DNA of 64,000 nucleotides, taken from Eledone cirrhosa (lineage: Eukaryota). The stretch's first letter is position 1. Every line of letters begins with the position of its first letter. Shown piece by piece: positions 1 to 16,121 of this stretch. The notes below the pieces were generated by a model. The model was given only the letters and a program-made list of their open reading frames with translations, did no database searches and had not been told where the DNA came from. The position numbers and the translations under genes are program-made. The DNA lies in assembly GCA_964016885.1 (NCBI GenBank), contig OZ024752.1, positions 17,732,001 to 17,796,000 of the forward strand, read 5' to 3'.

Positions 1-3000
1 TCTACAACTCCCCCATTCTAATTCCTTCTTATATGGACTACAACTACACTATTCTAACTCCTTCTTATAGGGTCTACAACTCCACCATTCTAATTCCTTC
101 TTATATGGTCTACAACTCCACCATTCTAACTCCTTCTTATATGGTGTACAACTCCACTATTCTAACTCCTTATTATATGGTCTACAACTCCACCATTCTA
201 ACTCCTTCTTATATGGTGTACAACTCCACCATTCTAATTCCTTCTTATATGGTCTACAACTCCACCATTCTAAATGCTTCTTATATGGTGTACAACTCCA
301 CCATTCTAACTCTTTCTTATATGGTCTACAACTCCACCATTCTAACTCCTTCTTATATGGTCTACAACTCCACCATTCTAATTCCTTCATATATGGTGTA
401 CAACTCCACCATTCTAACTCCTTCTTATATGGTCTACAACTCCACCATTCTAATTCCTTCTTATATGGTCTACAACTCCACCATTCTAACTCCTTCTTAT
501 ATGGTCTACAACTCCACCATTCTAATTCCTTCATATATGGTGTACAGCTCCACCATTCTAACTCCTTCTTATATGGTCTACAACTCCACCATTCTAACTC
601 CTTCTTATATGGTCTACAACTCCACCATTCTAACTCCTTCTTATATGGTGTACAACTTCACCATTCTAAGTCCTTCTTATATGGTGTACAACTCCACCAT
701 TCTAACTCCTTCATATATGGTCTACAACTCCACCATTCTAACTCCTTCTTATATGGTGTACAACTCCACCATTCTAATTGCTTCTTATATGGTCTACAAC
801 TCCACCATTCTAACTCTTTCTTATATGGTCTACAACTCCACCATTCTAACTCCTTCTTATATGGTCTACAACTCCACCATTCTAACTCCTTCTTATATGG
901 TCTACAACTCCACCATTCTAATTCCTTCTTATATGGTCTACAACTCCACTATTCTAACACATTCTTATATGGTCTACAACTCCACCATTCTAATTCCTTC
1001 TTATATGGTCTACAACTCCACCATTCTTACTCCTTCTTATATGGTCTACAACTCCACCATTCTAATTCCTCCTTATATGGTCTACAACTCCACCATTCTA
1101 ATTCCTTCTTATATGGTGTACAACTCCACCATTCTAACTCCTTCATATGTGGTCAACAACTCCACCATTCTAACTCCTTTTTATATGGTGTACAACTCCA
1201 CCATTCTAATTCCTTCTTATATGGTCTACAACTCCACCATTCTAACTCCTTCATATATGGTCTACAACTCCACCATTCTAACTCCTTCTTATATGGTCTA
1301 CAACTCCACCATTCTAATTCCTTCTTATATGGTCTACAACTCCACCATTCTAATTCCTTCTTATATGGTCTACAACTCCACCATTCTAACGCCTTCTTAT
1401 ATGGTCTACAACTCCACCATTCTAACGCCTACTTATATGGTGTACAACTCCACCATTCTAATTCCTTCTTATATGGTCTACAACTCCACCATTCTAACTC
1501 CTTCTTATATGGTCTACAACTCCACCATTCTAATTCCTTCTTATATGGTCTACAACTCCACCATTCTAATTCCTTCTTATATGGTCTACAACTCCACCAT
1601 TCTAATTCCTTCTTATACGGTCTACAACTACACCATTCTAACTCCTTCTTATATGGTCTACAACTCCACCATTCTAACTCCTTCTTATATGGTCTACAAC
1701 TGCACCATTCTAACTCCTTCTTATATGGTCTACAACTCCACCATTCTAACTCCTTCTTATATGGTGTACAACTCCACCATTCTAACTCCTTCTTATATGG
1801 TGTACAACTCCACCATTCTAATTCCTTCTTATATGGTCTACAACTCCACCATTCTAATTCCTTCTTATATGGTCTACAACTCCACCATTCTAATTCCTTC
1901 TTATATGGTCTACAACTCCACCATTCTAACTCCTTCATATATGGTCTACAACTCCACCATTCGAACTCCTTCTTATATGGTCTACAACTCCACCATTCTA
2001 ATTCCTTCTTATATGGTCTACAACTCCACCATTCTAACGCCTTCTTATATGGTCTACAACTCCACCATTCTAACGCCTTCTTATATGGTGTACATCTCCA
2101 CCATTCTAATTCCTTCTTATATGGTCTACAACTCCACCATTCTAACTCCTTCTTATATGGTCTACAACTCCACCATTCTAATTCCTTCTTATATGGTCTA
2201 CAACTCCACCATTCTAATTCCTTCTTATATGGTCTACAACTCCACCATTCTAATTCCTTCTTATACGGTCTACAACTCCACCATTCTAACTCCTTCTTAT
2301 ATGGTCTACAACTCCACCATTCTAACTCCTTCTTATATGGTCTACAACTGCACCATTCTAACTCCTTCTTATATGGTCTACAACTCCACCATTCTAACTC
2401 CTTCTTATATGGTGTACAACTCCACCATTCGAACTCCTTCTTATATGGTGTACAACTCCACCATTCTAATTCCTTCTTATATGGTCTACAGCTCCACCAT
2501 TCTAATTCCTTCTTATATGGTCTACAACCCCACGATTCTAACTCCTTCTTATATGGTGTACAACTCCACCATTCTAATTCCTTCTTATATGGTCTACAAC
2601 TCCACCATTCTAACTCCTTCTTATATGGTCTACAACTCCCCCATTCTAATTCCTTCTTATATGGACTACAACTACACTATTCTAACTCCTTCTTATAGGG
2701 TCTACAACTCCACCATTCTAATTCCTTCTTATATGGTCTACAACTCCACCATTCTAACTCCTTCTTATATGGTGTACAACTCCACTATTCTAACTCCTTA
2801 TTATATGGTCTACAACTCCACCATTCTAACTCCTTCTTATATGGTGTACAACTCTACCATTCTAATTCCTTCTTATATGGTCTACAACTCCACCATTCTA
2901 ACGCCTTCTTATATGGTCTACAACTCCACCATTCTAACGCCTTCTTATATGGTGTACAACTCCACCATTATAATTCCTTCTTATATGGGCTACAACTCCA

Positions 3001-6000
3001 CCATTCTAACTCCTTCTTATATGGTCTACAACTCCACCATTCTAACTCCTTCTTATATGGTGTACAACTCCACCATTCTAATTCCTTCTTATATGCTCTA
3101 CAACTCCACCATTCTAACTTCTCCTTATATGGTCTACAACTCCACCATTCTAATTCCTTCTTATATGGTCTACAACTCCACCATTCTAACTCCTTCATAT
3201 ATGGTCTACAACTCTACCATTCTAACTCCTTCTTATATGGTGTGCAACTCCACCATTCTAATTCCTTCTTATATGGTCTACAACTCCACCATTCTAACTC
3301 CTTCTTATATGGTCTACAACTCCACCATTCTAATTCCTTCATATATGGTGTACAACTCCACCATTCTAATTCCTTCTTATATGGTCTACAACTCCACCAT
3401 TCTAATTCCTTCTTATATGGTCTACAACTCCACCATTCTAACTCCTTCTTATATGGTGTACAACTCCACCATTCTAACTCCTTCTTATATGGTCTACAAC
3501 TCCACCATTCTAATTCCTTCTTATATGGTCTACAACTCCACCATTTTATCTCCTTCTTATATGGTCTACAACTCTACCATTCTAACTCATTCTAATATGT
3601 TCTACAACTCTACCATTCTAACTCCTTCTTATATGGTCTACAACTCCACCATTCTAACTCCTTCTTATATGGTCTACAACTCCACCATTCTAACTCCTTC
3701 TTATATGGTGTACAACTCCACTATTCTAACTCCTTATTATATGGTCTACAACTCCACCATTCTAACTCCTTCTTATATGGTGTACAACTCCACCATTCTA
3801 ATTCCTTCTTATATGGTCTACAACTCCACCATGCAAACTCCTTCTTATATGGTCTACAACTCTACCATTCTAACTCATTCTTATATGTTCTACAACTCTA
3901 CCATTCTAACTCCTTCTTATATGGTCTACAACTCCACCATTCTAACTCCTTCTTATATGGTCTACAACTCCACCATTCTAACTCCTTCTTATATGGTGTA
4001 CAACTCCACTATTCTAACTCCTTATTATATGGTCTACAACTCCACCATTCTAACTCCTTCTTATATGGTGTACAACTCCACCATTCTAATTCCTTCTTAT
4101 ATGGTCTACAACTCCACCATTCTAACTCCTTCTTATATGGTCTACAACTCCACCATTCTAATTCCTTCTTATATGGTCTACAACTACACTATTCTAACTC
4201 CTTCTTATATGGTCTACAACTCCACCATTCTAATTCCTTCTTATATGGTCTACAACTCCACCATTCTAAATCCTTCTTATATGGTCTACAACGCTACCAT
4301 TCTAACTCATTCTTATATGGTCTACAACTCCACCATTCTAACTCCTTCTTATATGGTCTACAACTCCACCATTCTAACTCCTTCTTATATGGTCTACAAC
4401 TCCACCATTCTAACTCCTTCTTATATGGTCTACAACTCCACCATTCTAACTCCTTCTTATATGGTGTACAACTCAACCATTCTAATTCCTTGTTCTATGC
4501 TCTACAACTCCACCATTCTAACTCCTCCTTATATGGTCTACAACTCCACCATTCTAATTCCTTCTTATATGGTCTACAACTCCACCATTCTAACTCCTTC
4601 ATATATGGTCTACAACTCTACCATTCTAATTCCTTCTCATATGGTCTACAACTCCACCATTCTAACTCCTTCTTATATGGTCTACAACTCCAACATTCTA
4701 ATTCCTTCATATATGGTGTACAACTCCACCATTCTAATTCCTTCTTATATGGTCTACAACTCCACCATTCTAATTCCTTCTTATATGGTCTACAACTCCA
4801 CCATTCTAACTCCTTCTTATATGGTCTACAACTCCTCCATTCTAATTCCTTATATGGTGTACAACTCCACCATTCTAACTCCTTCTTATATGGTCTACAA
4901 CTCCACCATTCTAACTCCTTCTTATATGGTCTACAACTCCACCATTCTAATTCCTTCATATATGGTGTACAACTCCACCATTCTAACTCCTTCTTATATG
5001 GTCTACAACTCCACCATTCTAATTCCTTCTTATATGGTCTACAACTCCACCATTCTAACTCCTTCTTATATGGTCTACAACTCCACCATTCTAATTCCTT
5101 CATATATGGTGTACAGCTCCACCATTCTAACTCCTTCTTATATGGTCTACAACTCCACCATTCTAACTCCTTCTTATATGGTCTACAACTCCACCATTCT
5201 AACTCCTTCTTATATGGTGTACAACTTCACCATTCTAAGTCCTTCTTATATGGTGTACAACTCCACCATTCTAACTCCTTCATATATGGTCTACAACTCC
5301 ACCATTCTAATTCCTTCTTATATGGTCTACAACTCCACCATTCTAACTCCTTCATATATGGTCTACAACTCCACCATTCTAACTCCTTCTTATATGGTCT
5401 ACAACTCCACCATTCTAACTCCTTCATATATGGTCTACAACTCCACCATTCTAACTCCTTCTTATATGGTCTACAACTCCACCATTCTAATTCCTTCTTA
5501 TATGGTCGACAACTCCACCATTCTAATTCCTTCTTATATGGTCTACAACTCCACCATTCGAACGCCTTCTTATATGGTCTACAACTCCACCATTCTAACG
5601 CCTTCTTATATGGTGTACATCTCCACCATTCTAATTCCTTCTTATATGGTCTACAACTCCACCATTCTAACTCCTTCTTATATGGTCTACAACTCCACCA
5701 TTCTAATTCCTTCTTATATGGTCTACAACTCAACTATTCTAACTCATTCTTATATGGTCTACAACTCCACCATTCTAATTCCTTCTTATATGGTCTACAA
5801 CTCCACCATTCTTACTCCTTCTTATATGGTCTACAACTCCACCATTCTAATTCCTTCTTATATGGTGTACAACTCCACCATTCTAACTCCTTCATATGTG
5901 GTCTACAACTCCACCATTCTAACTCCTTTTTATATGGTGTACAACTCCACCATTCTAATTCCTTCTTATATGGTCTACAACTCCACCATTCTAACTCCTT

Positions 6001-8741
6001 CATATATGGTCTACAACTCCACCATTCTAACTCCTTCTTATATGGTCTACAACTCCACCATTCGAATTCCTTCTTATATGGTCTACAAATCCACCATTCT
6101 AATTCCTTCTTATATGGTCTACAACTCCACCATTCTAACGCCTTCTTATATGGTCTACAACTCCACCATTCTAACGCCTTCTTATATGGTGTACAACTCC
6201 ACCATTCTAATTCCTTCTTATATGGTCTACAACTCCACCATTCTAACTCCTTCTTATATGGTCTACAACTCCACCATTCTAATTCCTTCTTATATGGTCT
6301 ACAACTCCACCATTCTAATTCCTTCTTATATGGTCTACAACTCCACTATTCTAATTCCTTCTTATACGGTCTACAACTCCACCATTCTAACTCCTTCTTA
6401 TATGGTCTACAACTCCACCATTCTAACTCCTTCTTATATGGTCTACAACTGCACCATTCTAACTCCTTCTTATATGGTCTACAACTCCACCATTCTAACT
6501 CCTTCTTATATGGTGTACAACTCCACCATTCTAACTCCTTCTTATATGGTGTACAACTCCACCATTCTAATTCCTTCTTATATGGTCTACAACTCCACCA
6601 TTCTAATTCCTTCTTATATGGTCTACAACTCCACCATTCTAACTCCTTCTTATATGGTGTACAACTCCACCATTCTAATTCCTTCTTATATGGTCTACAA
6701 CTCCACCATTCTAACTCCTTCTTATATGGTCTACAATTCCCCCATTCTAATTCCTTCTTATATGGTCTACAACTCCACCATTCTAATTCCTTCTTATATG
6801 GTCTACAACTCCACCATTCTAACTCCTTCATATTTGGTCTACAACTCCACCATTCTAACTCCTTCTTATATGGTCTACAACTCCACCATTCTATCTCCTT
6901 CTTATATGGTCTACAACTCCACCATGTTAACTCCTTCTTATATGGTCTACAACTCTACCATTCTAACTCATTCTTATATGTTCTACAACTCCACCATTCT
7001 AACTCCTTCTTATATGGTCTACAACTCCACCATTCTAACTCCTTCTTATATGGTCTACAACACCACCATTCTAACTCCTTCTTATATGGTGTACAACTCC
7101 ACTATTCTAACTCCTTATTATATGGTCTACAAATCCACCATTCTAACTCCTTCTTATATGGTCTACAACTCCACCATTCTTACTCCTTCTTATATGGTCT
7201 ACAACTCCACCATTCTAATTCCTCCTTATATGGTCTACAACTCCACCATTCTAATTCCTTCTTATATGGTGTACAACTCCACCATTCTAACTCCTTCATA
7301 TGTGGTCTACAAATCCACCATTCTAACTCCTTTTTATATGGTGTACAACTCCCCCATTCTAATTCCTTCTTATATGGTCTACAACTACACTATTCTAACT
7401 CCTTCTTATATGGTCTACAACTCCACCATTCTAATTCCTTCTTATATGGTCTACAACTCCACCATTCTAACTCCTTCTTATATGGTCTACAACTCCACCA
7501 TTCTATCTCCTTCTTATATGGTCTACAACTCCACCATGCTAACTCCTTCTTATATGGTCTACAACTCTACCATTCTAACTCATTCTTATATGTTCTACAA
7601 CTCTACCATTCTAACTCCTTCTTATATGGTCTACAACTCCACCATTCTAACTCCTTCTTATATGGTCTACAACTCCACCATTCTAACTCCTTCTTATATG
7701 GTGTACAACTCCACTATTCTAACTCCTTATTATATGGTCTACAACTCCACCATTCTAACTCCTTCTTATATGGTGTACAACTCCACCATTCTAATTCCTT
7801 CTTATATGGTCTACAACTCCACCATTCTAACTCCTTCTTATATGGTCTACAACTCCACCATTCTAATTCCTTCTTATATGGTCTACAACTACACTATTCT
7901 AACTCCTTCTTATATGGTCTACAACTCCACCATTCTAATTCCTTCTTATATGGTCTACAACTCCACCATTCTAATTCCTTCTTATATGGTCTACAACTCC
8001 ACCATTCTAACTCCTTCTTATATGGTCTACAACTCCACCATTCTAACTCCTTCTTATATGGTCTACAACTCCACCATTCTAACTCCTTCTTATATGGTGT
8101 ACAACTCCACCATTCTAATTCCTTCTTATATGCTCTACAACTCCACCATTCTAACTCCTCCTTATATGGTCTACAACTCCACCATTCTAATTCCTTCTTA
8201 TATGGTCTACAACTCCACCATTCTAACTCCTTCATATATGGTCTACAACTCTACCATTCTAACTCCTTCTTATATGGTGTGCAACTCCACCATTCTAATT
8301 CCTTCTTATATGGTCTACAACTCCACCATTCTAACTCCTTCTTATATGGTCTACAACTCCACCATTCTAATTCCTTCATATATGGTGTACAACTCCACCA
8401 TTCTAATTCCTTCTTATATGGTGTACAACTCCACCATTCTAATTCCTTCTTATATGGTCTACAACTCCACCATTCTAACTCCTTCTTATATGGTGTACAA
8501 CTCCACCATTCTAACTCCTTCTTATATGGTCTACAACTCCACCATTCTAATTCCTTCATATATGGTGTACAGCTCCACCATTCTAACTCCTTCTTATATG
8601 GTCTACAACTCCACCATTCTAACTCCTTCTTATATGGTCTACAACTCCACCATTCTAACAACTTCTTATATGGTGTACAACATCACCATTCTAACTCCTT
8701 CTTATATGGTGTACAACTCCACCATTCTAATTGCTTCTTAT

Positions 8742-11700
8742 ATGGTCTACAACTCCACCATTCTAACTCTTTCTTATATGGTCTACAACTCCACCATTCT
8801 AACTCCTTCTTATATGGTCTACAACTCCACCATTCTAACTCCTTCTTATATGGTCTACAACTCCACCATTCTAATTCCTTCTTATATGGTCTACAACTCC
8901 ACTATTCTAACTCATTCTTATATGGTCTACAACTCCACCATTCTAATTCCTTCTTATATGGTCTACAACTCCACCATTCTTACTCCTTCTTATATGGTCT
9001 ACAACTCCACCATTCTAATTCCTCCTTATATGGTCTACAACTCCACCATTCTAATTCCTTCTTATATGGTGTACAACTCCACCATTCTAACTACTTCATA
9101 TGTGGTCTACAACTCCACCACTCTAACTCCTTTTTATATGGTGTACAACTCCACCATTCTAATTCCTTCTTATATGGTCTACAACTCCACCATTCTAACT
9201 CCTTCATATATGGTCTACAACTCCACCATTCTAACTCCTTCTTATATGGTCTACAACTCCACCATTCTAATTCTTTCTTATATGGTCTACAACTCCACCA
9301 TTCTAATTCCTTCTTATATGGTCTACAACTCCACCATTCTAACGCCTTCTTATATGGTCTACAACTCCACCATTCTAACGCCTTCTTATATGGTGTACAA
9401 CTCCACCATTCTAATTCCTTCTTATATGGTCTACAACTCCACCATTCTAACTCCTTCTTATATGGTCTACAACTCCACCATTCTAATTCCTTCTTATATG
9501 TTCTACAACTCCACCATTCTAATTCCTTCTTATATGGTCTACAACTCCACCATTCTAATTCCTTCTTATACGGTCTACAACTCCACCATTATAACTCCTT
9601 CTTATATGGTCTACAACTCCACCATTCTAACTCCTTCTTATATGGTCTACAACTGCACCATTCTAACTCCTTCTTATATGGTCTACAACTCCACCATTCT
9701 AACTCCTTCTTATATGGTGTACAACTCCACCATTCTAACTCCTTCTAATATGGTGTACAACTCCACCATTCTAATTCCTTCTTATATGGTCTACAACTCC
9801 ACCATTCTAACTCCTTCTTATATGGTCTACAACTCCCCCATTCTAATTCCTTCTTATATGGTCTACAACTACACTATTCTAACTCCTTCTTATATGGTCT
9901 ACAACTCCACCATTCTAATTCCTTCTTATATGGTCTACAACTCCACCATTCTAACTCCTTCATATTTGGTCTACAACTCCACCATTCTAACTCCTTCTTA
10001 TATGGTCTACAACTCCACCATTCTATCTCCTTCTTATATGGTCTACAACTCCACCATGCTAACTCCTTCTTATATGGTCTACAACTCTACCATTCTAAAT
10101 CATTCTTATATGTTCTACAACTCCACCATTCTAACTCCTTCTTATATGGTCTACAACTCCACCATTCTAACTCCTTCTTATATGGTCTACAACACCACCA
10201 TTCTAACTCCTTCTTATATGGTGTACAACTCCACTATTCTAACTCCTTATTATATGGTCTACAACTCCACCATTCTAACTCCTTCTTATATGGTCTACAA
10301 CTCCCCCATTCTAATTCCTTCTTATATGGTCTACAACTACACTATTCTAACTCCTTCTTATATGGTCTACAACTCCACCATTCTAATTCCTTCTTATATG
10401 GTCTACAACTCCACCATTCTAACTCCTTCATATTTGGTCTACAACTCCACCATTCTAACTCCTTCTTATATGGTCTACAACTCCACCATTCTATCTCCTT
10501 CTTATATGGTCTACAACTCCACCATGCTAACTCCTTCATATGTGGTCTACAACTCCACCATTCTAACTCCTTTTTATATGGTGTACAACTCCACCATTCT
10601 AATTCCTTCTTATATGGTCTACAACTCCACCATTCTAACTCCTTCATATATGGTCTACAACTCCACCATTCTAACTCCTTCTTATATGGTCTACAACTCC
10701 ACCATTCTAATTCCTTCTTATATGGTCTACAACTCCACCATTCTAATTCCTTCTTATATGGTCTACAACTCCACCATTCTAACGCCTTCTTATATGGTCT
10801 ACAACTCCACCATTCTAACGCCTTCTTATATGGTGTACAACTCCACCATTCTAATTCCTTCTTATATGGTCTACAACTCCACCATTCTAACTCCTTCTTA
10901 TATGGTCTACAACTCCACCATTCTAATTCCTTCTTATATGGTCTACAACTCCACCATTCTAATTCCTTCTTATATGGTCTACAACTCCACCATTCTAATT
11001 CCTTCTTATACGGTCTACAACTCCACCATTCTAACTCCTTCTTATATGGTCTACAACTCCACCATTCTAACTCCTTCTTATATGGTCTACAACTGCACCA
11101 TTCTAACTCCTTCTTTTATGGTCTACAACTCCACCATTCTAACTCTTTCTTATATGGTCTACAACTCCACCATTCTAACTCCTTCTTATATGGTCTACAA
11201 CTCCACCATTCTAACTCCTTCTTATATGGTCTACAACTCCACCATTCTAATTCCTTCTTATATGGTCTACAACTCCACTATTCTAACTCATTCTTATATG
11301 GTCTACAACTCCACCATTCTAATTCCTTCTTATATGGTCTACAACTCCACCATTCTTACTCCTTCTTATATGGTCTACAACTCCACCATTCTAATTCCTC
11401 CTTATATGGTCTACAACTCCACCATTCTAATTCCTTCTTATATGGTGTACAACTCCACCATTCTAACTCCTTCATATGTGGTCTACAACTCCACCACTCT
11501 AACTCCTTTTTATATGGTGTACAACTCCACCATTCTAATTCCTTCTTATATGGTCTACAACTCCACCATTCTAACTCCTTCATATATGGTCTACAACTCC
11601 ACCATTCTAACTCCTTCTTATATGGTCTACAACTCCACCATTCTAATTCTTTCTTATATGGTCTACAACTCCACCATTCTAATTCCTTCTTATATGGTCT

Positions 11701-13493
11701 ACAACTCCACCATTCTAACGCCTTCTTATATGGTCTACAACTCCACCATTCTAACGCCTTCTTATATGGTGTACAACTCCACCATTCTAATTCCTTCTTA
11801 TATGGTCTACAACTCCACCATTCTAACTCCTTCTTATATGGTCTACAACTCCACCATTCTAATTCCTTCTTATATGTTCTACAACTCCACCATTCTAATT
11901 CCTTCTTATATGGTCTACAACTCCACCATTCTAATTCCTTCTTATACGGTCTACAACTCCACCATTATAACTCCTTCTTATATGGTCTACAACTCCACCA
12001 TTCTAACTCCTTCTTATATGGTCTACAACTGCACCATTCTAACTCCTTCTTATATGGTCTACAACTCCACCATTCTAACTCCTTCTTATATGGTGTACAA
12101 CTCCACCATTCTAACTCCTTCTAATATGGTGTACAACTCCACCATTCTAATTCCTTCTTATATGGTCTACAACTCCACCATTCTAACTCCTTCTTATATG
12201 GTCTACAACTCCCCCATTCTAATTCCTTCTTATATGGTCTACAACTACACTATTCTAACTCCTTCTTATATGGTCTACAACTCCACCATTCTAATTCCTT
12301 CTTATATGGTCTACAACTCCACCATTCTAACTCCTTCATATTTGGTCTACAACTCCACCATTCTAACTCCTTCTTATATGGTCTACAACTCCACCATTCT
12401 ATCTCCTTCTTATATGGTCTACAACTCCACCATGCTAACTCCTTCTTATATGGTCTACAACTCTACCATTCTAAATCATTCTTATATGTTCTACAACTCC
12501 ACCATTCTAACTCCTTCTTATATGGTCTACAACTCCACCATTCTAACTCCTTCTTATATGGTCTACAACACCACCATTCTAACTCCTTCTTATATGGTGT
12601 ACAACTCCACTATTCTAACTCCTTATTATATGGTCTACAACTCCACCATTCTAACTCCTTCTTATATGGTCTACAACTCCCCCATTCTAATTCCTTCTTA
12701 TATGGTCTACAACTACACTATTCTAACTCCTTCTTATATGGTCTACAACTCCACCATTCTAATTCCTTCTTATATGGTCTACAACTCCACCATTCTAACT
12801 CCTTCATATTTGGTCTACAACTCCACCATTCTAACTCCTTCTTATATGGTCTACAACTCCACCATTCTATCTCCTTCTTATATGGTCTACAACTCCACCA
12901 TGCTAACTCCTTCATATGTGGTCTACAACTCCACCATTCTAACTCCTTTTTATATGGTGTACAACTCCACCATTCTAATTCCTTCTTATATGGTCTACAA
13001 CTCCACCATTCTAACTCCTTCATATATGGTCTACAACTCCACCATTCTAACTCCTTCTTATATGGTCTACAACTCCACCATTCTAATTCCTTCTTATATG
13101 GTCTACAACTCCACCATTCTAATTCCTTCTTATATGGTCTACAACTCCACCATTCTAACGCCTTCTTATATGGTCTACAACTCCACCATTCTAACGCCTT
13201 CTTATATGGTGTACAACTCCACCATTCTAATTCCTTCTTATATGGTCTACAACTCCACCATTCTAACTCCTTCTTATATGGTCTACAACTCCACCATTCT
13301 AATTCCTTCTTATATGGTCTACAACTCCACCATTCTAATTCCTTCTTATATGGTCTACAACTCCACCATTCTAATTCCTTCTTATACGGTCTACAACTCC
13401 ACCATTCTAACTCCTTCTTATATGGTCTACAACTCCACCATTCTAACTCCTTCTTATATGGTCTACAACTGCACCATTCTAACTCCTTCTTAT
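8742..13493. repeat. Tandem duplication of a 2,376-bp (66-monomer) block
   Basis: Rare variants recur exactly 2,376 bp apart: ctctttc 8767/11143, ttctttc 9271/11647, ataact 9591/11967, taat 9746/12122. The minus-strand ORFs 10342..10647 and 12718..13023 are identical. Confidence 0.93.
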
Positions 13494-16121
13494 ATGGTCT
13501 ACAACTCCACCATTCTAACTCCTTCTTATAAGGTGTACAACTCCACCATTCTAACTCCTTCTTATATGGTGTACAACTCCACCATTCTAATTCCTTCTTA
13601 TATGGTCTACAACTCCACCATTCTAATTCCTTCTTATATGGTCTACAACTCCACCATTCTAACTCCTTCTTATATGGTGTACAACTCCACCATTCTAATT
13701 CCTTCTTATATGGTCTACAACTCCACCATTCTAATTCCTTCTTATATGGTCTACAACTCCACCATTCTAATTCCTTCTTATATGGTCTACAACTCCACCA
13801 TTCTAACTCCTTCTTATATGGTCTACAACCCCACCATTCTATCTCCTTCTTATATGGTCTACAACTCCACCATGCTAACTCCTTCTTATATGGTCTACAA
13901 CTCTACCATTCTAACTCATTCTTATATGTTCTACAACTCCACCATTCTAACTCCTTCTTATATGGTCTACAACTCCACCATTCTAACTCCTTCTTATATG
14001 GTCTACAACACCACCATTCTAACTCCTTCTTATATTGTGTACAAATCCACTATTCTAACTCCTTATTATATGGTCTACAACTCCACCATTCTAACTCCTT
14101 CTTATATGGTGTACAACTCCACAATTCTAATTCCTTCTTATATGGTCTACAACTCCACCATTCTTACTCCTTCTTATATGGTCTACAACTCCACCATTCT
14201 AATTCCTCCTTATATGGTCTACAACTCCACCATTCTAATTCCTTCTTATATGGTGTACAACTCCACCATTCTAACTCCTTCATATGTGGTCTACAACTCC
14301 ACCACTCTAACTCCTTCTTATATGGTGTACAACTCCACCATTCTAATTCCTTCTTATATGGTCTACAACTCCACCATTCTAACTCCTTCTTATATGGTCT
14401 ACAACTCCCCCATTCTAATTCCTTCTTATATGGTCTACAACTACACTATTCTAACTCCTTCTTATATGGTCTACAACTCCACCATTCTAATTCCTTCTTA
14501 TATGGTCTACAACTCCACCATGCTAACTCCTTCATATGTGGTCTACAACTCCACCATTCTAACTCCTTTTTATATGGTGTACAACTCCACCATTCTAATT
14601 CCTTCTTATATGGTCTACAACTCCACCATTCTAACTCCTTCATATATGGTCTACAACTCCACCATTCTAACTCCTTCTTATATGGTCTACAACTCCACCA
14701 TTCTAATTCCTTCTTATATGGTCTACAACTCCACCATTCTAATTCCTTCTTATATGGTCTACAACTCCACCATTCTAACGCCTTCTTATATGGTCTACAA
14801 CTCCACCATTCTAACGCCTTCTTATATGGTGTACAACTCCACCATTCTAATTCCTTCTTATATGGTCTACAACTCCACCATTCTAACTCCTTCTTATATG
14901 GTCTACAACTCCACCATTCTAATTCCTTCTTATATGGTCTACAACTCCACCATTCTAATTCCTTCTTATATGGTCTACAACTCCACCATTCTAATTCCTT
15001 CTTATACGGTCTACAACTCCACCATTCTAACTCCTTCTTATATGGTCTACAACTCCACCATTCTAACTCCTTCTTATATGGTCTACAACTGCACCATTCT
15101 AACTCCTTCTTATATGGTCTACAACTCCACCATTCTAACTCCTTCTTATATGGTGTACAACTCCACCATTCTAACTCCTTCTTATATGGTGTACAACTCC
15201 ACCATTCTAATTCCTTCTTATATGGTCTACAACTCCACCATTCTAATTCCTTCTTATATGGTCTACAACTCCACCATTCTAACTCCTTCTTATATGGTGT
15301 ACAACTCCACCATTCTAATTCCTTCTTATATGGTCTACAACTCCACCATTCTAATTCCTTCTTATATGGTCTACAACTCCACCATTCTAATTCCTTCTTA
15401 TATGGTCTACAACTCCACCATTCTAACTCCTTCTTATATGGTCTACAACCCCACCATTCTATCTCCTTCTTATATGGTCTACAACTCCACCATGCTAACT
15501 CCTTCTTATATGGTCTACAACTCTACCATTCTAACTCATTCTTATATGTTCTACAACTCCACCATTCTAACTCCTTCTTATATGGTCTACAACTCCACCA
15601 TTCTAACTCCTTCTTATATGGTCTACAACACCACCATTCTAACTCCTTCTTATATTGTGTACAAATCCACTATTCTAACTCCTTATTATATGGTCTACAA
15701 CTCCACCATTCTAACTCCTTCTTATATGGTGTACAACTCCACAATTCTAATTCCTTCTTATATGGTCTACAACTCCACCATTCTTACTCCTTCTTATATG
15801 GTCTACAACTCCACCATTCTAATTCCTCCTTATATGGTCTACAACTCCACCATTCTAATTCCTTCTTATATGGTGTACAACTCCACCATTCTAACTCCTT
15901 CATATGTGGTCTACAACTCCACCACTCTAACTCCTTCTTATATGGTGTACAACTCCACCATTCTAATTCCTTCTTATATGGTCTACAACTCCACCATTCT
16001 AACTCCTTCTTATATGGTCTACAACTCCCCCATTCTAATTCCTTCTTATATGGTCTACAACTACACTATTCTAACTCCTTCTTATATGGTCTACAACTCC
16101 ACCATTCTAATTCCTTCTTAT
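12882..16121. repeat. Tandem duplication of a 1,620-bp (45-monomer) block, overlapping the end of the 2,376-bp duplication
   Basis: Markers offset by 1,620: tgctaactccttcatatgtg 12901/14521, acaacccc 13825/15445, tatattgtgtacaaatcc 14031/15651, acaattct 14121/15741. Confidence 0.93.
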
